Of a stretch of DNA of 64,000 bases, positions 17,591-27,517 are shown piece after piece. The translations under genes were made by a program, and so were the position numbers. Position 1 is the first letter of the stretch. Each line of letters opens with the position of its first letter. Source of the stretch: an uncultured Ruminococcus sp. (GTDB lineage Bacteria; Bacillota; Clostridia; Oscillospirales; Acutalibacteraceae); contig CADASG010000004.1 of NCBI GenBank assembly GCA_902790475.1, positions 4,373-68,372 of the forward strand, given 5' to 3'. Below the pieces are notes generated by a model. It was not told the DNA's origin, ran no database searches, and saw only the letters and a list, made by a program, of their open reading frames with translations.

Positions 17591-19437
17591 TTTCCGTTCT
17601 CCTTTCGTTTCGGGATTATAACTCTCGCCGTCGTGCCTTTGCCGACGGTGCTTTCTATTATGACGTCCGCTCCGCACATATCTTTAAGCCGTTTTTTTGT
17701 GTTTTCCATACCGACGTGCGAACGTCCGTCGTTCTTTTTTTCATTTGTGTCAAACCCTACACCGTCATCCTCGATGATGACCTCATAGGCGTTTTCTGTT
17801 TCACGGGTCGAGATTTTGACAGTTCCGCCTTCCTCTTTCATTCCAACTCCGTGCTTGACAGCGTTTTCTGCAAGCGGCTGAATCGAAAGCAGAGGTATCT
17901 CAAAATCTGTAGTTTGTATATCGTATTCGATATTCAGCAGATCGTCGAAGCGAAGTTTTTCGATATATAAGTATTTTTTCAGGTGCTCCAGTTCCTTTTC
18001 AAAGGGTACGGGAGCGGTTTGTTTTAGGGAATCCATGTTTCCGCGCAGATAGTCCGAAAAGGTTACCGTTGCGGTATATGCGGTATCCGGATTCAGCTTG
18101 CAGAGGATAGCGATAGACGAGAGCGCGTTATACATGAAGTGAGGTCTGATCTGGCTGACCATGACGTTTACCTTTGCCTCATAAAGCTCCTTTTGGATCT
18201 GCTGGTAGCGTATAGCTTCCTTGTACTGTGTTCGCAGATCCAGGATCAGCCGGACGATTTGATAAGCCATTGTGACCGCCAGACCGTAATTGAGATAATG
18301 CGAGCCTGCAAGGTGAAAGTATTGGTCGATAACGTCAAGCGTTAAGGCTATGATCAGAGGGATCAATGAGATTAAGAATACAAGCGAGCTGCGGTTGCCT
18401 CGGATCTCCGTACAGAGCAGCACTGTCATGATAACGGAACACACAGCAATACAAATAAACATATTGGGCGCTGTGGCGGTCAGATCTATATTATTTGTTA
18501 TGTGAAGAACGGCTGCCGCTGAAACCGTTATGAGAAAGACTGCGATTGTACAATTGGCGATCGCCCGTGTGAGCGGATTTTTCAGATTTGATTTTAAGTA
18601 CATTAATATCGAGGTCACAAACAAATAGCTCGTCAGCCGTACCGCGAACAGGCATAATGTCATATCAGATATCCATAGATTCAGATAATCTCCGAGCGAC
18701 TGCATTATCATATAGATTCCCCAGAAAAAGCACAGTACGCCGAAGCACAGATATTTGTAATTGATCCTTCCCAGGACAAAGCCGGAAACGGGGAAGAAGA
18801 ACAATCCGAAAAAACAAACCAAAGTAAATAACAGTACGCTCGGCGTAGATTTAAAGAAAATCTGATTATACAATCCGTCATATTCGGATAGCATTACACC
18901 GAAGCAGTCGGAAAAGCTCTGTGTAGCCGGATAGTAGGGGTATTCTGCCTCTAAAATCAGCTCTTGCTTTCCGCTGAGCACCGATTCGGGGAACAGCTCG
19001 GTAGATAATTGCGCTACCTCGTATCCGGGAGTATCGTTCAGCTTGTTTTGCGGTTGGTAGTATTTTTCGGGTATATCGGGCAGTGAACGGCGGTTTGAAA
19101 AATCAAATGCTCCGTCGGCTGAACGCAGAGAATACCAAACGTTTTTTGAGCATAACGCAAGGATCTCAAAAGCAGCGGCAGTTTCGTTCATCTTTCCCTT
19201 TACGGTTATTTTATGAAAATGCTCGTTGATTTTTGTCGTTGTATTGACGTTTTTCCATTCTCCGCCGTCAACGGAGTATTTGCCTTCGAGCATAACGTTC
19301 ATTTTGTCATTGGTAAAGTCCTGTACTGCATACGGAACGCACTGAACGATAACAAAAATAAACGTCAGTATGACAAAGCCGGTCATAGCCGCCGTGAACG
19401 CCTTGCCGCCGAGAAGCTTTTTTATTCCTGTTTTCAT
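17587..19437 (-). CDS. LytS/YehU-family sensor histidine kinase with extracellular domain and ~7 TM helices
   Basis: SQIRPHFMYNALSSI H-box, IQPLAENAVKHG, IEDDGVGF, HVGMEN, GKGT. Confidence 0.9.
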   Translation of the reverse strand: MKTGIKKLLGGKAFTAAMTGFVILTFIFVIVQCVPYAVQDFTNDKMNVMLEGKYSVDGGEWKNVNTTTKINEHFHKITVKGKMNETAAAFEILALCSKNVWYSLRSADGAFDFSNRRSLPDIPEKYYQPQNKLNDTPGYEVAQLSTELFPESVLSGKQELILEAEYPYYPATQSFSDCFGVMLSEYDGLYNQIFFKSTPSVLLFTLVCFFGLFFFPVSGFVLGRINYKYLCFGVLCFFWGIYMIMQSLGDYLNLWISDMTLCLFAVRLTSYLFVTSILMYLKSNLKNPLTRAIANCTIAVFLITVSAAAVLHITNNIDLTATAPNMFICIAVCSVIMTVLLCTEIRGNRSSLVFLISLIPLIIALTLDVIDQYFHLAGSHYLNYGLAVTMAYQIVRLILDLRTQYKEAIRYQQIQKELYEAKVNVMVSQIRPHFMYNALSSIAILCKLNPDTAYTATVTFSDYLRGNMDSLKQTAPVPFEKELEHLKKYLYIEKLRFDDLLNIEYDIQTTDFEIPLLSIQPLAENAVKHGVGMKEEGGTVKISTRETENAYEVIIEDDGVGFDTNEKKNDGRSHVGMENTKKRLKDMCGADVIIESTVGKGTTARVIIPKRKENGK

Positions 19438-19597
19438 CTTTATCAACCCTTGAAAAAAATAGGCAATACCGCGAGCCTTGACAGTGCAGTATAGTTTGAT
19501 TATATCATAACCGTTTGAAAATGAAAAGTTTAATTCGGGAAAATCCATATATTTATCTGCAACTATTTATTCTGTTAAAATCTCTGAAAACCAACCA

Positions 19598-19626
19598 TTG
19601 ACATCATTATGTTAAAGTGATAAAAT
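19598..19626 (+). promoter_or_regulatory. Sigma-A promoter of ilvE
   Basis: TTGACA-17 bp-TAAAAT. Confidence 0.75.
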
Positions 19627-19665
19627 AATAACAACAATTGCAGAACAAGAAAGGAAGTAATACTT

Positions 19666-20688
19666 TTGGACAAGAAAAACATTGATTGGTCAAATATCGG
19701 TTTTTCATATATAAAGACCGACAAAAGATTTGTATCCAATTATAAGGACGGCAAGTGGGACGACGGCGTACTGACCGAGGACGACACTGTTGTTTTGAAT
19801 GAATGTGCCGGAGTACTTCAATACGCTCAGACTGTTTTTGAGGGTTTGAAGGCATACACCACCGCCGACGGCAGAGTTGTTATATTCCGTCCCGACCTTA
19901 ACGCGTCAAGACTTGTTGACAGCGCAAAGCGTCTTGAGATCCCTCCGTATCCCGAGGATAAATTCATTGAGGCTGTCAAGGCGGTAGTAAATGCGAACAA
20001 GGACTATGTACCTCCCTACGGCACGGGTGCGACGCTGTACCTTCGTCCGTACATTTTCGGAACTAATCCCGTAATCGGCGTTAAACCTGCCAACGAATAC
20101 CAGTTCCGTATTTTTGCTACGCCCGTAGGTCCATACTTCAAGGGCGGTGCAAAACCCATCACCATCAAGATTTCCGATTTCGACCGCGCGGCTCCTCACG
20201 GAACAGGTCATATCAAGGCAGGCTTGAACTATGCCATGAGTCTGCACGCCATCGTTACCGCTCACGCGGAGGGCTTTGACGAGAATATGTATCTTGACGC
20301 GGCGACCCGCACAAAGGTTGAGGAAACAGGCGGCGCAAACTTCCTGTTCGTTACAAAGGACGGCAAGGTAGTTACTCCGAAATCCGACAGTATCCTGCCC
20401 TCTATCACCAGACGTTCGCTGATGTATGTCGCTGAACACTATCTCGGACTTGAAGTGGAGCAGAGAGAGGTTTATCTTGACGAGGTCAAGGACTTTGCGG
20501 AGTGCGGACTCTGCGGTACCGCTGCGGTTATTTCTCCCGTCGGCAAGATCGTTGATCACGGCAAAGAGATCTGCTTCCCCTCAGGTATGGAAGAAATGGG
20601 CCCCGTCACCAAAAAGCTGTATGAAACACTGATCGGTATCCAGTTAGGCACTATCGAAGCTCCCGAGGGTTGGATCGTAGAGATCTGA
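19666..20688 (+). CDS. ilvE: Branched-chain amino acid aminotransferase
   Basis: LQYAQTVFEGLKAY, LYLRP, HIKAGLNY (PLP lysine), EETGGAN, ILPSITR, GTAAVI. Confidence 0.96.
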   Translation: MDKKNIDWSNIGFSYIKTDKRFVSNYKDGKWDDGVLTEDDTVVLNECAGVLQYAQTVFEGLKAYTTADGRVVIFRPDLNASRLVDSAKRLEIPPYPEDKFIEAVKAVVNANKDYVPPYGTGATLYLRPYIFGTNPVIGVKPANEYQFRIFATPVGPYFKGGAKPITIKISDFDRAAPHGTGHIKAGLNYAMSLHAIVTAHAEGFDENMYLDAATRTKVEETGGANFLFVTKDGKVVTPKSDSILPSITRRSLMYVAEHYLGLEVEQREVYLDEVKDFAECGLCGTAAVISPVGKIVDHGKEICFPSGMEEMGPVTKKLYETLIGIQLGTIEAPEGWIVEI

Positions 20689-20727
20689 TTTATCGGACCT
20701 GCCGATAAACAAGAAAAATAAAATCAT

Positions 20728-20767
20728 ACTCCGATAATGAGTTATCCGCTCATTATCGGAGTTTTTT
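20728..20767 (+). terminator. Intrinsic terminator of ilvE
   Basis: 14-bp perfect stem ACTCCGATAATGAG/CTCATTATCGGAGT followed by a T run. Confidence 0.85.
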
Positions 20768-20775
20768 ACGCAATC

Positions 20776-20811
20776 AAAAAAACGGAGCCGACTCAAATGA
20801 ATCGGCTCCGT
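20776..20811 (-). terminator. Intrinsic terminator of the pullulanase genes
   Basis: ACGGAGCCGA/TCGGCTCCGT stem with an A7 run on the + strand. Confidence 0.8.
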
Positions 20812-20817
20812 GATAGT

Positions 20818-23800
20818 TTATTCGGGGATGTAATACTGTGCGGTGGGTGCGTTCGGATTGGTTTCGGGATTATCTGTGTAAATGTTCAGATACTTGCCGG
20901 AGCTGATCTTGGAGTCATCAATGATGATCCAAAGTTCGTTATCTACAAAGCCCTTATAATCTCTGGTCTGATCCTTGGTGGCGTTGGTGACTATCAGGTT
21001 ATAAGTTCCTGCGCCGCTGTAAGTGAAGTCATACTCAAACCAGCCAGTCTCCTCGTTAAGGGGAGCAGGGGGCTGTTTGTTCCATGTGCCGCCTGTGTAG
21101 TTGCCCTTGTCTTTTCCGGCAAGATCGGAACCCCAGATCCAGAGATAAGGAGTCCAGTTGTCGGTGGTGTGCTTTAAGTGCAGCTTAACGTCAAGGCTTC
21201 CGGAAACATAGTAGTAATCTACCTTTACGGTATTGCCATAGCTGAATACGCCCTCTGCGTTTTCGGGAAGCTTGGTTTTATCGAGCGTGTAGCCCATTAC
21301 GCGGTAATCGGTGGTGGTGTAGGGATCGCCGACTCTGCCGGTGAGCTTGACCTCGCTTGTGAGGGTTTTCTTGTTGCCGCTTGCGTCAAAGTAGTAGTGG
21401 TTCACAACAGCGCTGCCCTGAGCTACGCTGTAGCCTGCCAGATACTTCATCAGCATGGTTGCGTCGCTGATGGTGACCTTGCCGTCGCAGTCAAAGTCGC
21501 AGTCGGAAATATCATACGCGGTGCTGCCTGCCAAAGCTTTTTGCATAGCGGTAACGTCGTCAATGTTGATCTTTCCGTCTTTGTTCACGTCGCCGAAGTT
21601 TTTGAGAGCCTCGGGAACGTAATTCGTGTAGATGTAGGTAACTTCCTGAGTATCAGCGGTAAAGGTTCCGGAAGCGTTGCCCTGAACGGTCTTGACCTCT
21701 AAAGTGTTGGGAACAGCGGAGGAGGGAGCGGTTTCATATCCCGAGCCGATATTGCCGAGAATTACCATGGGAGCAGTCAGCTGATCGCCCTTTTCATTGA
21801 CGTAGTTGACAATTACCTTTCCTCTTTCGTCCTTGAGCGCACATGCCTCAAAGCTTTCCTTATCGACTGCGATGATGGAGGTGTTGCCGGGAACAGTAAA
21901 GCTCTTGCCTGATTTCTCCTCAATGGCGTTCAGTCCTGCGGTATCGCCGTTGGCTATGATGACCCATTCGGTAACGCCTGTGCTGCTTACGTCAACAGTA
22001 GCGTTTCCTGCAGCGCCGTTGTGCATAACAGCGACCTTTTTCCACTCGCCTTCCTTGTCGTTGGTTACAACGTAGTTGAGGGAGTTTCTCATGCCGGACA
22101 AAGCTTTGCCCAGGAAGTCAAAGCTGTCATAGTAGCTGTTGTCCGCAGCGGTGAACGGTGAGAAGTTTTTCCTTATCATCATCATGCCCTGATAGTAGGA
22201 AACCAGGTCAGCGTATTCCACTAAGTTTTGCCAGTTGATCTTATTGATTTCGGGAGATGATTTATAGGAGTTGGTGTCGCCGTACTTGGTGCGCGCCATC
22301 TCGTCGCCTGCAAGATAGAAGGTAGCGCCCTGAGCTGTGTTGAGCATCGCGGCTGTCATCTTGCTGAGTTTAACGCCGAGAGCGTCTCGCACGCCGTATT
22401 CGCCCTTTGTTGCGGAGGAAGTGATTTGATCATAGAGGGTAGCATTGTCGTGACAAGCCGCGTAGGAAACGGTCTGTGAGGGAGCTTTTGACTTCCAGCC
22501 GTTTGAATCGGTGTTTGCGCGAACGCCGTTTGCTACGTCAACATAGTGAGTAGCGTTGCCTGCGATAAAGCCCTTTTCAGTGGTATCAAAAACGCTGCCC
22601 TTGATACCGTCGCGGATCTTATCGTTGAAGAATGCGATCCTTTCATTAAGCTGAGCGGCGTTTGCCTGAGTAGCAGGATAGAAAGCAGCGCCGGTGCAGG
22701 TTTTGGACTCGTGTACGGAGGTGCCGCCTGTCCAGCCCTCGCCCCAAATGGTGAGTCTGGTGTCAACCTTATCCATTTCCTCGCGGATGAGGTTCATGGT
22801 TTCGGTATCTATCAAGCCCATAAGGTCAAAGCGGAAGCCGTCAACATGATACTCGTTGACCCAGTACATACAGGAATCAATGATGTACTTTCTGGTCATG
22901 GCGTAGTCGGAGGAAACCTCGTTGCCGCAGCCGGAGCCGTTTGAGAACGCGCCCTTGGAATCAACACGGTGATAATAGAAGGGAACAGTAGCCTGGAAGC
23001 AGGAATCGCTCTTGTCGCAGGAGTAGGTATGGTTGTATACTACGTCCATTACTACGGAAATGCCTGCGTCGTGCAGCGCTTTTATCATCTGCTTGCACTC
23101 GTTGATGCGCACGTTTCCGTTATAGGGGTCGGAAGAATAGGAGCCCTCGGGAACATTGAAGTTTTGAGGATCGTAGCCCCAGTTGAACTGGTCGTCGTCT
23201 CCTGCCTCGTTGATAGACTGGAAATCGTAGAAGGGATTGATCTGAACGGTCGTGATGCCCTGCTGCTTGAGATAGTCAACACAGGTGGAAATACTTCCGC
23301 TGTCGTTCAGTTTTGTGCCGGTTTCGGTGAAAGCGAGGTATTTGCCGCGGTTAGCGTCGCTGACGCCTGAGCTTTTGTCGTAAGAGAAGTCTTTGACATG
23401 AACCTCCCAAACCTGAGAGTCGGTTGGCTTATCGAGCAAAACGTGAGAGTCGTTATCCCAGCCCTCGGGATCGGTTTTGCTGAGGTCGCAAACCATGGAG
23501 CGCTTTCCGTTGACGCCTGTGGCAACAGAATAAACGTCCTGTGTTTCCGCTGTCTGAAGCTCGCCGGATTTGGGATCGGCAGCGGTGATGGTGTAGGTGT
23601 AGTAGGTATCGGCTATGTCACCGCTTACGGTGGCTGTCCATACGCCCGTCCACTGACCGTTCTCCATCAGCTGTTCCATTGTGATCTGACCGAGATCCTT
23701 CGCGCCTGTCTCACTGTCGGAACCGGTGGCAAAACGGTTTAAAATGACCTTGGTCGCTGTGGGCGACCATACCTTGAACACTGTTTTTTCGGGGGAATAA

Positions 23801-23979
23801 ACAGCGCCCAAATCATTTCCGTCATATGTGTACCTTTCATCAAGCGCATGTGCCGCGTTTGCCCACTCGTTCGCGCCGACGTCATCGGCGGTCGAAGCGG
23901 CAAAGCCTGTCATAACGGCTGAAGAAGCCAACATGCAGACTGCCAGTACCGAAGAAATGATTTTCTTTGTACATTTCAT
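20818..23979 (-). CDS. pulA: Type I pullulanase (CBM48-GH13_14) with MucBP-like domains, internal dockerin and C-terminal CBM26-like domain
   Basis: Signal peptide; NWGYDP, GFRFDLMG, WGEGW, CHDN catalytic motifs; dockerin GDVNKDGKINIDD...DFDCDGKVTISD; C-terminal PYLWIWG...W...GWF. Confidence 0.92.
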   Translation of the reverse strand: MKCTKKIISSVLAVCMLASSAVMTGFAASTADDVGANEWANAAHALDERYTYDGNDLGAVYSPEKTVFKVWSPTATKVILNRFATGSDSETGAKDLGQITMEQLMENGQWTGVWTATVSGDIADTYYTYTITAADPKSGELQTAETQDVYSVATGVNGKRSMVCDLSKTDPEGWDNDSHVLLDKPTDSQVWEVHVKDFSYDKSSGVSDANRGKYLAFTETGTKLNDSGSISTCVDYLKQQGITTVQINPFYDFQSINEAGDDDQFNWGYDPQNFNVPEGSYSSDPYNGNVRINECKQMIKALHDAGISVVMDVVYNHTYSCDKSDSCFQATVPFYYHRVDSKGAFSNGSGCGNEVSSDYAMTRKYIIDSCMYWVNEYHVDGFRFDLMGLIDTETMNLIREEMDKVDTRLTIWGEGWTGGTSVHESKTCTGAAFYPATQANAAQLNERIAFFNDKIRDGIKGSVFDTTEKGFIAGNATHYVDVANGVRANTDSNGWKSKAPSQTVSYAACHDNATLYDQITSSATKGEYGVRDALGVKLSKMTAAMLNTAQGATFYLAGDEMARTKYGDTNSYKSSPEINKINWQNLVEYADLVSYYQGMMMIRKNFSPFTAADNSYYDSFDFLGKALSGMRNSLNYVVTNDKEGEWKKVAVMHNGAAGNATVDVSSTGVTEWVIIANGDTAGLNAIEEKSGKSFTVPGNTSIIAVDKESFEACALKDERGKVIVNYVNEKGDQLTAPMVILGNIGSGYETAPSSAVPNTLEVKTVQGNASGTFTADTQEVTYIYTNYVPEALKNFGDVNKDGKINIDDVTAMQKALAGSTAYDISDCDFDCDGKVTISDATMLMKYLAGYSVAQGSAVVNHYYFDASGNKKTLTSEVKLTGRVGDPYTTTDYRVMGYTLDKTKLPENAEGVFSYGNTVKVDYYYVSGSLDVKLHLKHTTDNWTPYLWIWGSDLAGKDKGNYTGGTWNKQPPAPLNEETGWFEYDFTYSGAGTYNLIVTNATKDQTRDYKGFVDNELWIIIDDSKISSGKYLNIYTDNPETNPNAPTAQYYIPE

Positions 23980-24075
23980 AAAAATCCTCCTTTATTTTGA
24001 CGGCAAAGCCGCGTTTTCCGCTCAATACCAAACTTAGATTTGTGTAATAAGCGGTTGTGTACTTTATTGTTTGAA

Positions 24076-26928
24076 TTATTTGTATTCGGTTTTTGCCTGC
24101 GGTTCGGAAGAAAACTCCATAGCCGCTCTGAGTTTCTTTTTTCGGTTGACGCGCGACATTATCGCGGACACAACGCAAAGAGCCATTATCACTCCTGCGC
24201 CGATATAGACGTAGATCAGCAGATCGGCAAAGGGATCGGGCTGAGTGGAGTAGCGGAAAAGAACATTGGTGTCGCCTTTTTTGAATACGCCGAAGGAATT
24301 ATTGGGGACGGCAATAAGGTTCATATCCTCATACTCGTTCTGCTGCGCGGAGTATTCCTGACCTTCTTTTCCCGTCAGAGTCTTTTTGTCCAGTATTTTT
24401 CCGTTGTCCGCCATATATACCAGATTAAGACGGCAAACATCCTTATCCTTGCTGTCGGTCTTTTTATAATAGTAGGTTACCGTTATTTCATCTCCGTGAA
24501 CATCGCCTGCGCCGTTTTTGGGAAGCTTATCCATCATCAGCGAATAGCCGTCGATCTCGGGAAGCTCGGGGGTGTAATACTTTTTTCCCTCGCGGTTGCG
24601 GATAACATAATCGTCAGCCAGTTCCTTTTTTGTCTTTTCATCAACGAACTTTATTGTGACGTTCGACATTTTGCCCTTGTATTTCTCAACATACACGTCG
24701 GCGTATTTTACCTCGGGAGTAAAGCTGCCTGCCGTATCTCCCGAAGAGGATTTGATATCGTAATTGAGTGAAGTCGCGATGGAAGTTATGTCATAACTGC
24801 CGCCGACCCTGTCGGTGATTACCTGTGTTTTGATTTTCTTTTTTGTTTCGTTGTCGTAATAATTGATCACGACCGTGCCCTCAAAATCCTCGATCACGGA
24901 TTTTTCATAGCTCGTCTTATCTATCAATATAGCTGCGGAATGCGCCTTCACCTTAACGCTGCCGGAGCAGGTGCCCAGATTCTTTAGTCCTGCTGTCATA
25001 TCGTCGGCGATTTTGATCCACTCGCCGCTGATGCTGACATTCTGTTCGTCGTCGGAGCCGTTGAATACCATGCACGCCTTCTGCCAGCCCTCCGCTTCGG
25101 TATTGTCCACAGTGTAGGCGCAAACTCCCTTGGGAAGGTTTTCAAGCGCAACAATGCTTTCGGCGGTCATGGTGGTAGGATCTGAAAGCGCTGTAAAGGT
25201 CTCGCGGATCTTCAACAAACCGCGGTAATACTCTATCAAATCGCTGTACTCGTTAAGATTTTTCCAGTCGAGCTGATTTTCGGTGCGGCTGGAGGCGTAG
25301 GAGTTTTCGTCGCCGTCCTTGCTGCGCGCGAATTCCTCGCCGCCCAAAATGAACGGTATGCCCTGTGAGGTAAAGACAATGGCTGCCGAAAGCTTGTTCA
25401 TGGAAACGAGCTCCTCGTGGCGCTTGCGGTACTCTTTGTTGTTCAGCACCGAATCCACCAGCTTGTCATAGAGCGCCTCATTGTCGTGACAGGAGGCGTA
25501 GTTGACGCACTGAGTGGGAACGCTTGCCCAGCCGTTGACGCTCATGCCGAGGAAACCTTTTTTGATGCCGCTGCGGTTTTTGCCGGTCTGAACAAAGCCG
25601 GGTTCATTGCCGAAAACAGAGCCTTTTATCGCGTCGCGGATGGTATCGTTGAACGCGCCGATACGGTTATCAAGCTGCGAAAGGTTGTTTTGGTTCGCCA
25701 TAACTGTGCCGGGAGCGCAGTTGGTATCCAGATTCCAAGCCTCTCCGTACATCAAAATCCGTTTGCCGCTGCCGTCATCATACAGATTGTCGAGCGCCTC
25801 GCGTATTTGATTCATGGTCGTCACGTCGTGAAGACCCATCAGGTCAAAACGGAAACCGTCGATATGATACTCGGTCGCCCAGTAGAGAACGGAGTCGATC
25901 ATGTATTTGCGGAACATAAGATGCTCTGAGGCAGTGTCGTTGCCGCATCCCGAGCCGTTGGAAAAGCTTCCGTCGGGATTCATGCGGTAATAGTAGTTTG
26001 GAACGGTATACTGGAACCACGAATCTGTGGAGTAGGTGTGATTGTAAACCACGTCCATAATAACACCGATGCCGGCGTTGTGCAGCGCCTGTACCATCTG
26101 CTTGCACTCGTTGATGCGCACGCTGCCGTTGTCCGGGTCTGTAGAATAACTGCCCTCCGGGATATTGTAGTTGATCGGATCATATCCCCAGTTGTACTGC
26201 TTCATTATGTCCTTGCTCTCATCAACAGAGCCGAAATCGTACATGGGCATGATCTGCACATATTTTACGCCTAATTTTTTCAGGTAATCCACGCAGGTGG
26301 ACGGTGCGCCCTGTACGCCGTCAACAGTAGTGTCCTTTTCGGTAAAGGCGGTAAACTTTCCTCGGTTTTTAGCTGTCACGCCGCTGCTCTTGGAGGAGGA
26401 AAAGTCCGCTACGGAGATTTCCCATACAGTTGCGTTGGTTTGATGAGCAACATAAACGTGCTGGTCATTTTCCCAGCCCTGCGGATCGGTCGTATTTAAG
26501 TCGATCACCATGCTGCGCTTGCCGTTTACTCCGCAGGCGCGCGCGTAGATATCGCCCGTAACCTTAGTGCTTTTTCCGTGTCTGACGGTATAGGTGTAGT
26601 ACTTGCCTGCGAGATTGCCGGGGATAGTCGCTTCCCATACTCCGGTCGAGCGGTCAAGGGTCATTTTTTTGGTTTTGATAGACTTTCCGCTGCCGCCGTC
26701 GTCATAGATATCAACGCTCATATCGTCTGCTTTCGGCGACCAAACCTTAAAGGTAGTGGCGTCTTTTGTATAGTTTGCGCCTAAATCATCTTTATCATAT
26801 GCCATTTGATCGAGCTCGGCGGCGTACGCCCGGTAATCGGCAGCGCCGACCGCTTTTAAATCTGTTGAAACAACTCCCGTAAACATAGCGATTGTCAATA
26901 CTCCTGTCAATAGTTTTTTTAAAAGCAA
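24076..26928 (-). CDS. pulA: Type I pullulanase (CBM48-GH13_14) with three MucBP-like domains and C-terminal membrane anchor
   Basis: YNWGYDP, GFRFDLMG, YGEAW, CHDN; C-terminal hydrophobic helix followed by RVNRKKK. Probable TTG start at 26928 after AGGAGG. Confidence 0.9.
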   Translation of the reverse strand: MLLKKLLTGVLTIAMFTGVVSTDLKAVGAADYRAYAAELDQMAYDKDDLGANYTKDATTFKVWSPKADDMSVDIYDDGGSGKSIKTKKMTLDRSTGVWEATIPGNLAGKYYTYTVRHGKSTKVTGDIYARACGVNGKRSMVIDLNTTDPQGWENDQHVYVAHQTNATVWEISVADFSSSKSSGVTAKNRGKFTAFTEKDTTVDGVQGAPSTCVDYLKKLGVKYVQIMPMYDFGSVDESKDIMKQYNWGYDPINYNIPEGSYSTDPDNGSVRINECKQMVQALHNAGIGVIMDVVYNHTYSTDSWFQYTVPNYYYRMNPDGSFSNGSGCGNDTASEHLMFRKYMIDSVLYWATEYHIDGFRFDLMGLHDVTTMNQIREALDNLYDDGSGKRILMYGEAWNLDTNCAPGTVMANQNNLSQLDNRIGAFNDTIRDAIKGSVFGNEPGFVQTGKNRSGIKKGFLGMSVNGWASVPTQCVNYASCHDNEALYDKLVDSVLNNKEYRKRHEELVSMNKLSAAIVFTSQGIPFILGGEEFARSKDGDENSYASSRTENQLDWKNLNEYSDLIEYYRGLLKIRETFTALSDPTTMTAESIVALENLPKGVCAYTVDNTEAEGWQKACMVFNGSDDEQNVSISGEWIKIADDMTAGLKNLGTCSGSVKVKAHSAAILIDKTSYEKSVIEDFEGTVVINYYDNETKKKIKTQVITDRVGGSYDITSIATSLNYDIKSSSGDTAGSFTPEVKYADVYVEKYKGKMSNVTIKFVDEKTKKELADDYVIRNREGKKYYTPELPEIDGYSLMMDKLPKNGAGDVHGDEITVTYYYKKTDSKDKDVCRLNLVYMADNGKILDKKTLTGKEGQEYSAQQNEYEDMNLIAVPNNSFGVFKKGDTNVLFRYSTQPDPFADLLIYVYIGAGVIMALCVVSAIMSRVNRKKKLRAAMEFSSEPQAKTEYK

Positions 26929-27069
26929 AATAATGCCTCCTGCCAGCATATTTATTATATAATTGTATCATAAAACAGGGGTGAATTTAATTCTGTATAA
27001 GAAATTAATTTCTGTCACATATGTTTTTAATGTAGAAAATCAAGGATTATTTTAGTGTATTTTGACGAT

Positions 27070-27109
27070 AAAACAGCCTCGTTTCCGGTGTATCCACAGG
27101 AAACGAGGC
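27070..27109 (-). terminator. Terminator of the dnaG-rpoD operon
   Basis: GCCTCGTTTCC/GGAAACGAGGC stem with A-rich flank on the + strand. Confidence 0.7.
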
Positions 27110-27131
27110 AATGATAGGATTATGTATAAGA

Positions 27132-27500
27132 TTATGAATTGTTTTCCAAATAGCGGCGGATCTGTTCCTTGTCCCAATCGCCCAAATCATCAACTCCGGC
27201 AAGGTACTCGTTATGGTGTCTGACCTCGTGGTGAAGTATCCGCACCATTTCGTTGTAAAGCTGCTCGCGGGGGAGTTCGCCGTAAACGCGTGCGATAGAG
27301 CCGTAATAAAAGACGATCGCGTTTCCGAGTGAATTTCGGATATACTCGCCTAAAATCAACAAATCATTATTTCTGGCGGCGGGATGGACCTTGGACTGCG
27401 GCAAAAGCGAGAGCCCGCCGTTTAGGTCGCGGTACAATTCATAAGGCATTGAATCCGCAATCTCATCAAGCATTTCGCCGAGTTCTTCAAAAGTAATCAT
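27132..27500 (-). CDS. Small zincin-like metallopeptidase family protein
   Basis: HHEVRHH (HExxH) motif; IVFYYGS. Confidence 0.72.
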   Translation of the reverse strand: MITFEELGEMLDEIADSMPYELYRDLNGGLSLLPQSKVHPAARNNDLLILGEYIRNSLGNAIVFYYGSIARVYGELPREQLYNEMVRILHHEVRHHNEYLAGVDDLGDWDKEQIRRYLENNS

Positions 27501-27517
27501 ATTTCCGAAAAAGAATA

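Noticed and set aside
26979-26990. AAATTCACC motif upstream of both the pullulanase pair and the amylase (near 51058)
   Set aside because: Only 9 bp, AT-rich, and in opposite orientations relative to the genes; too weak to call a starch-regulon operator.
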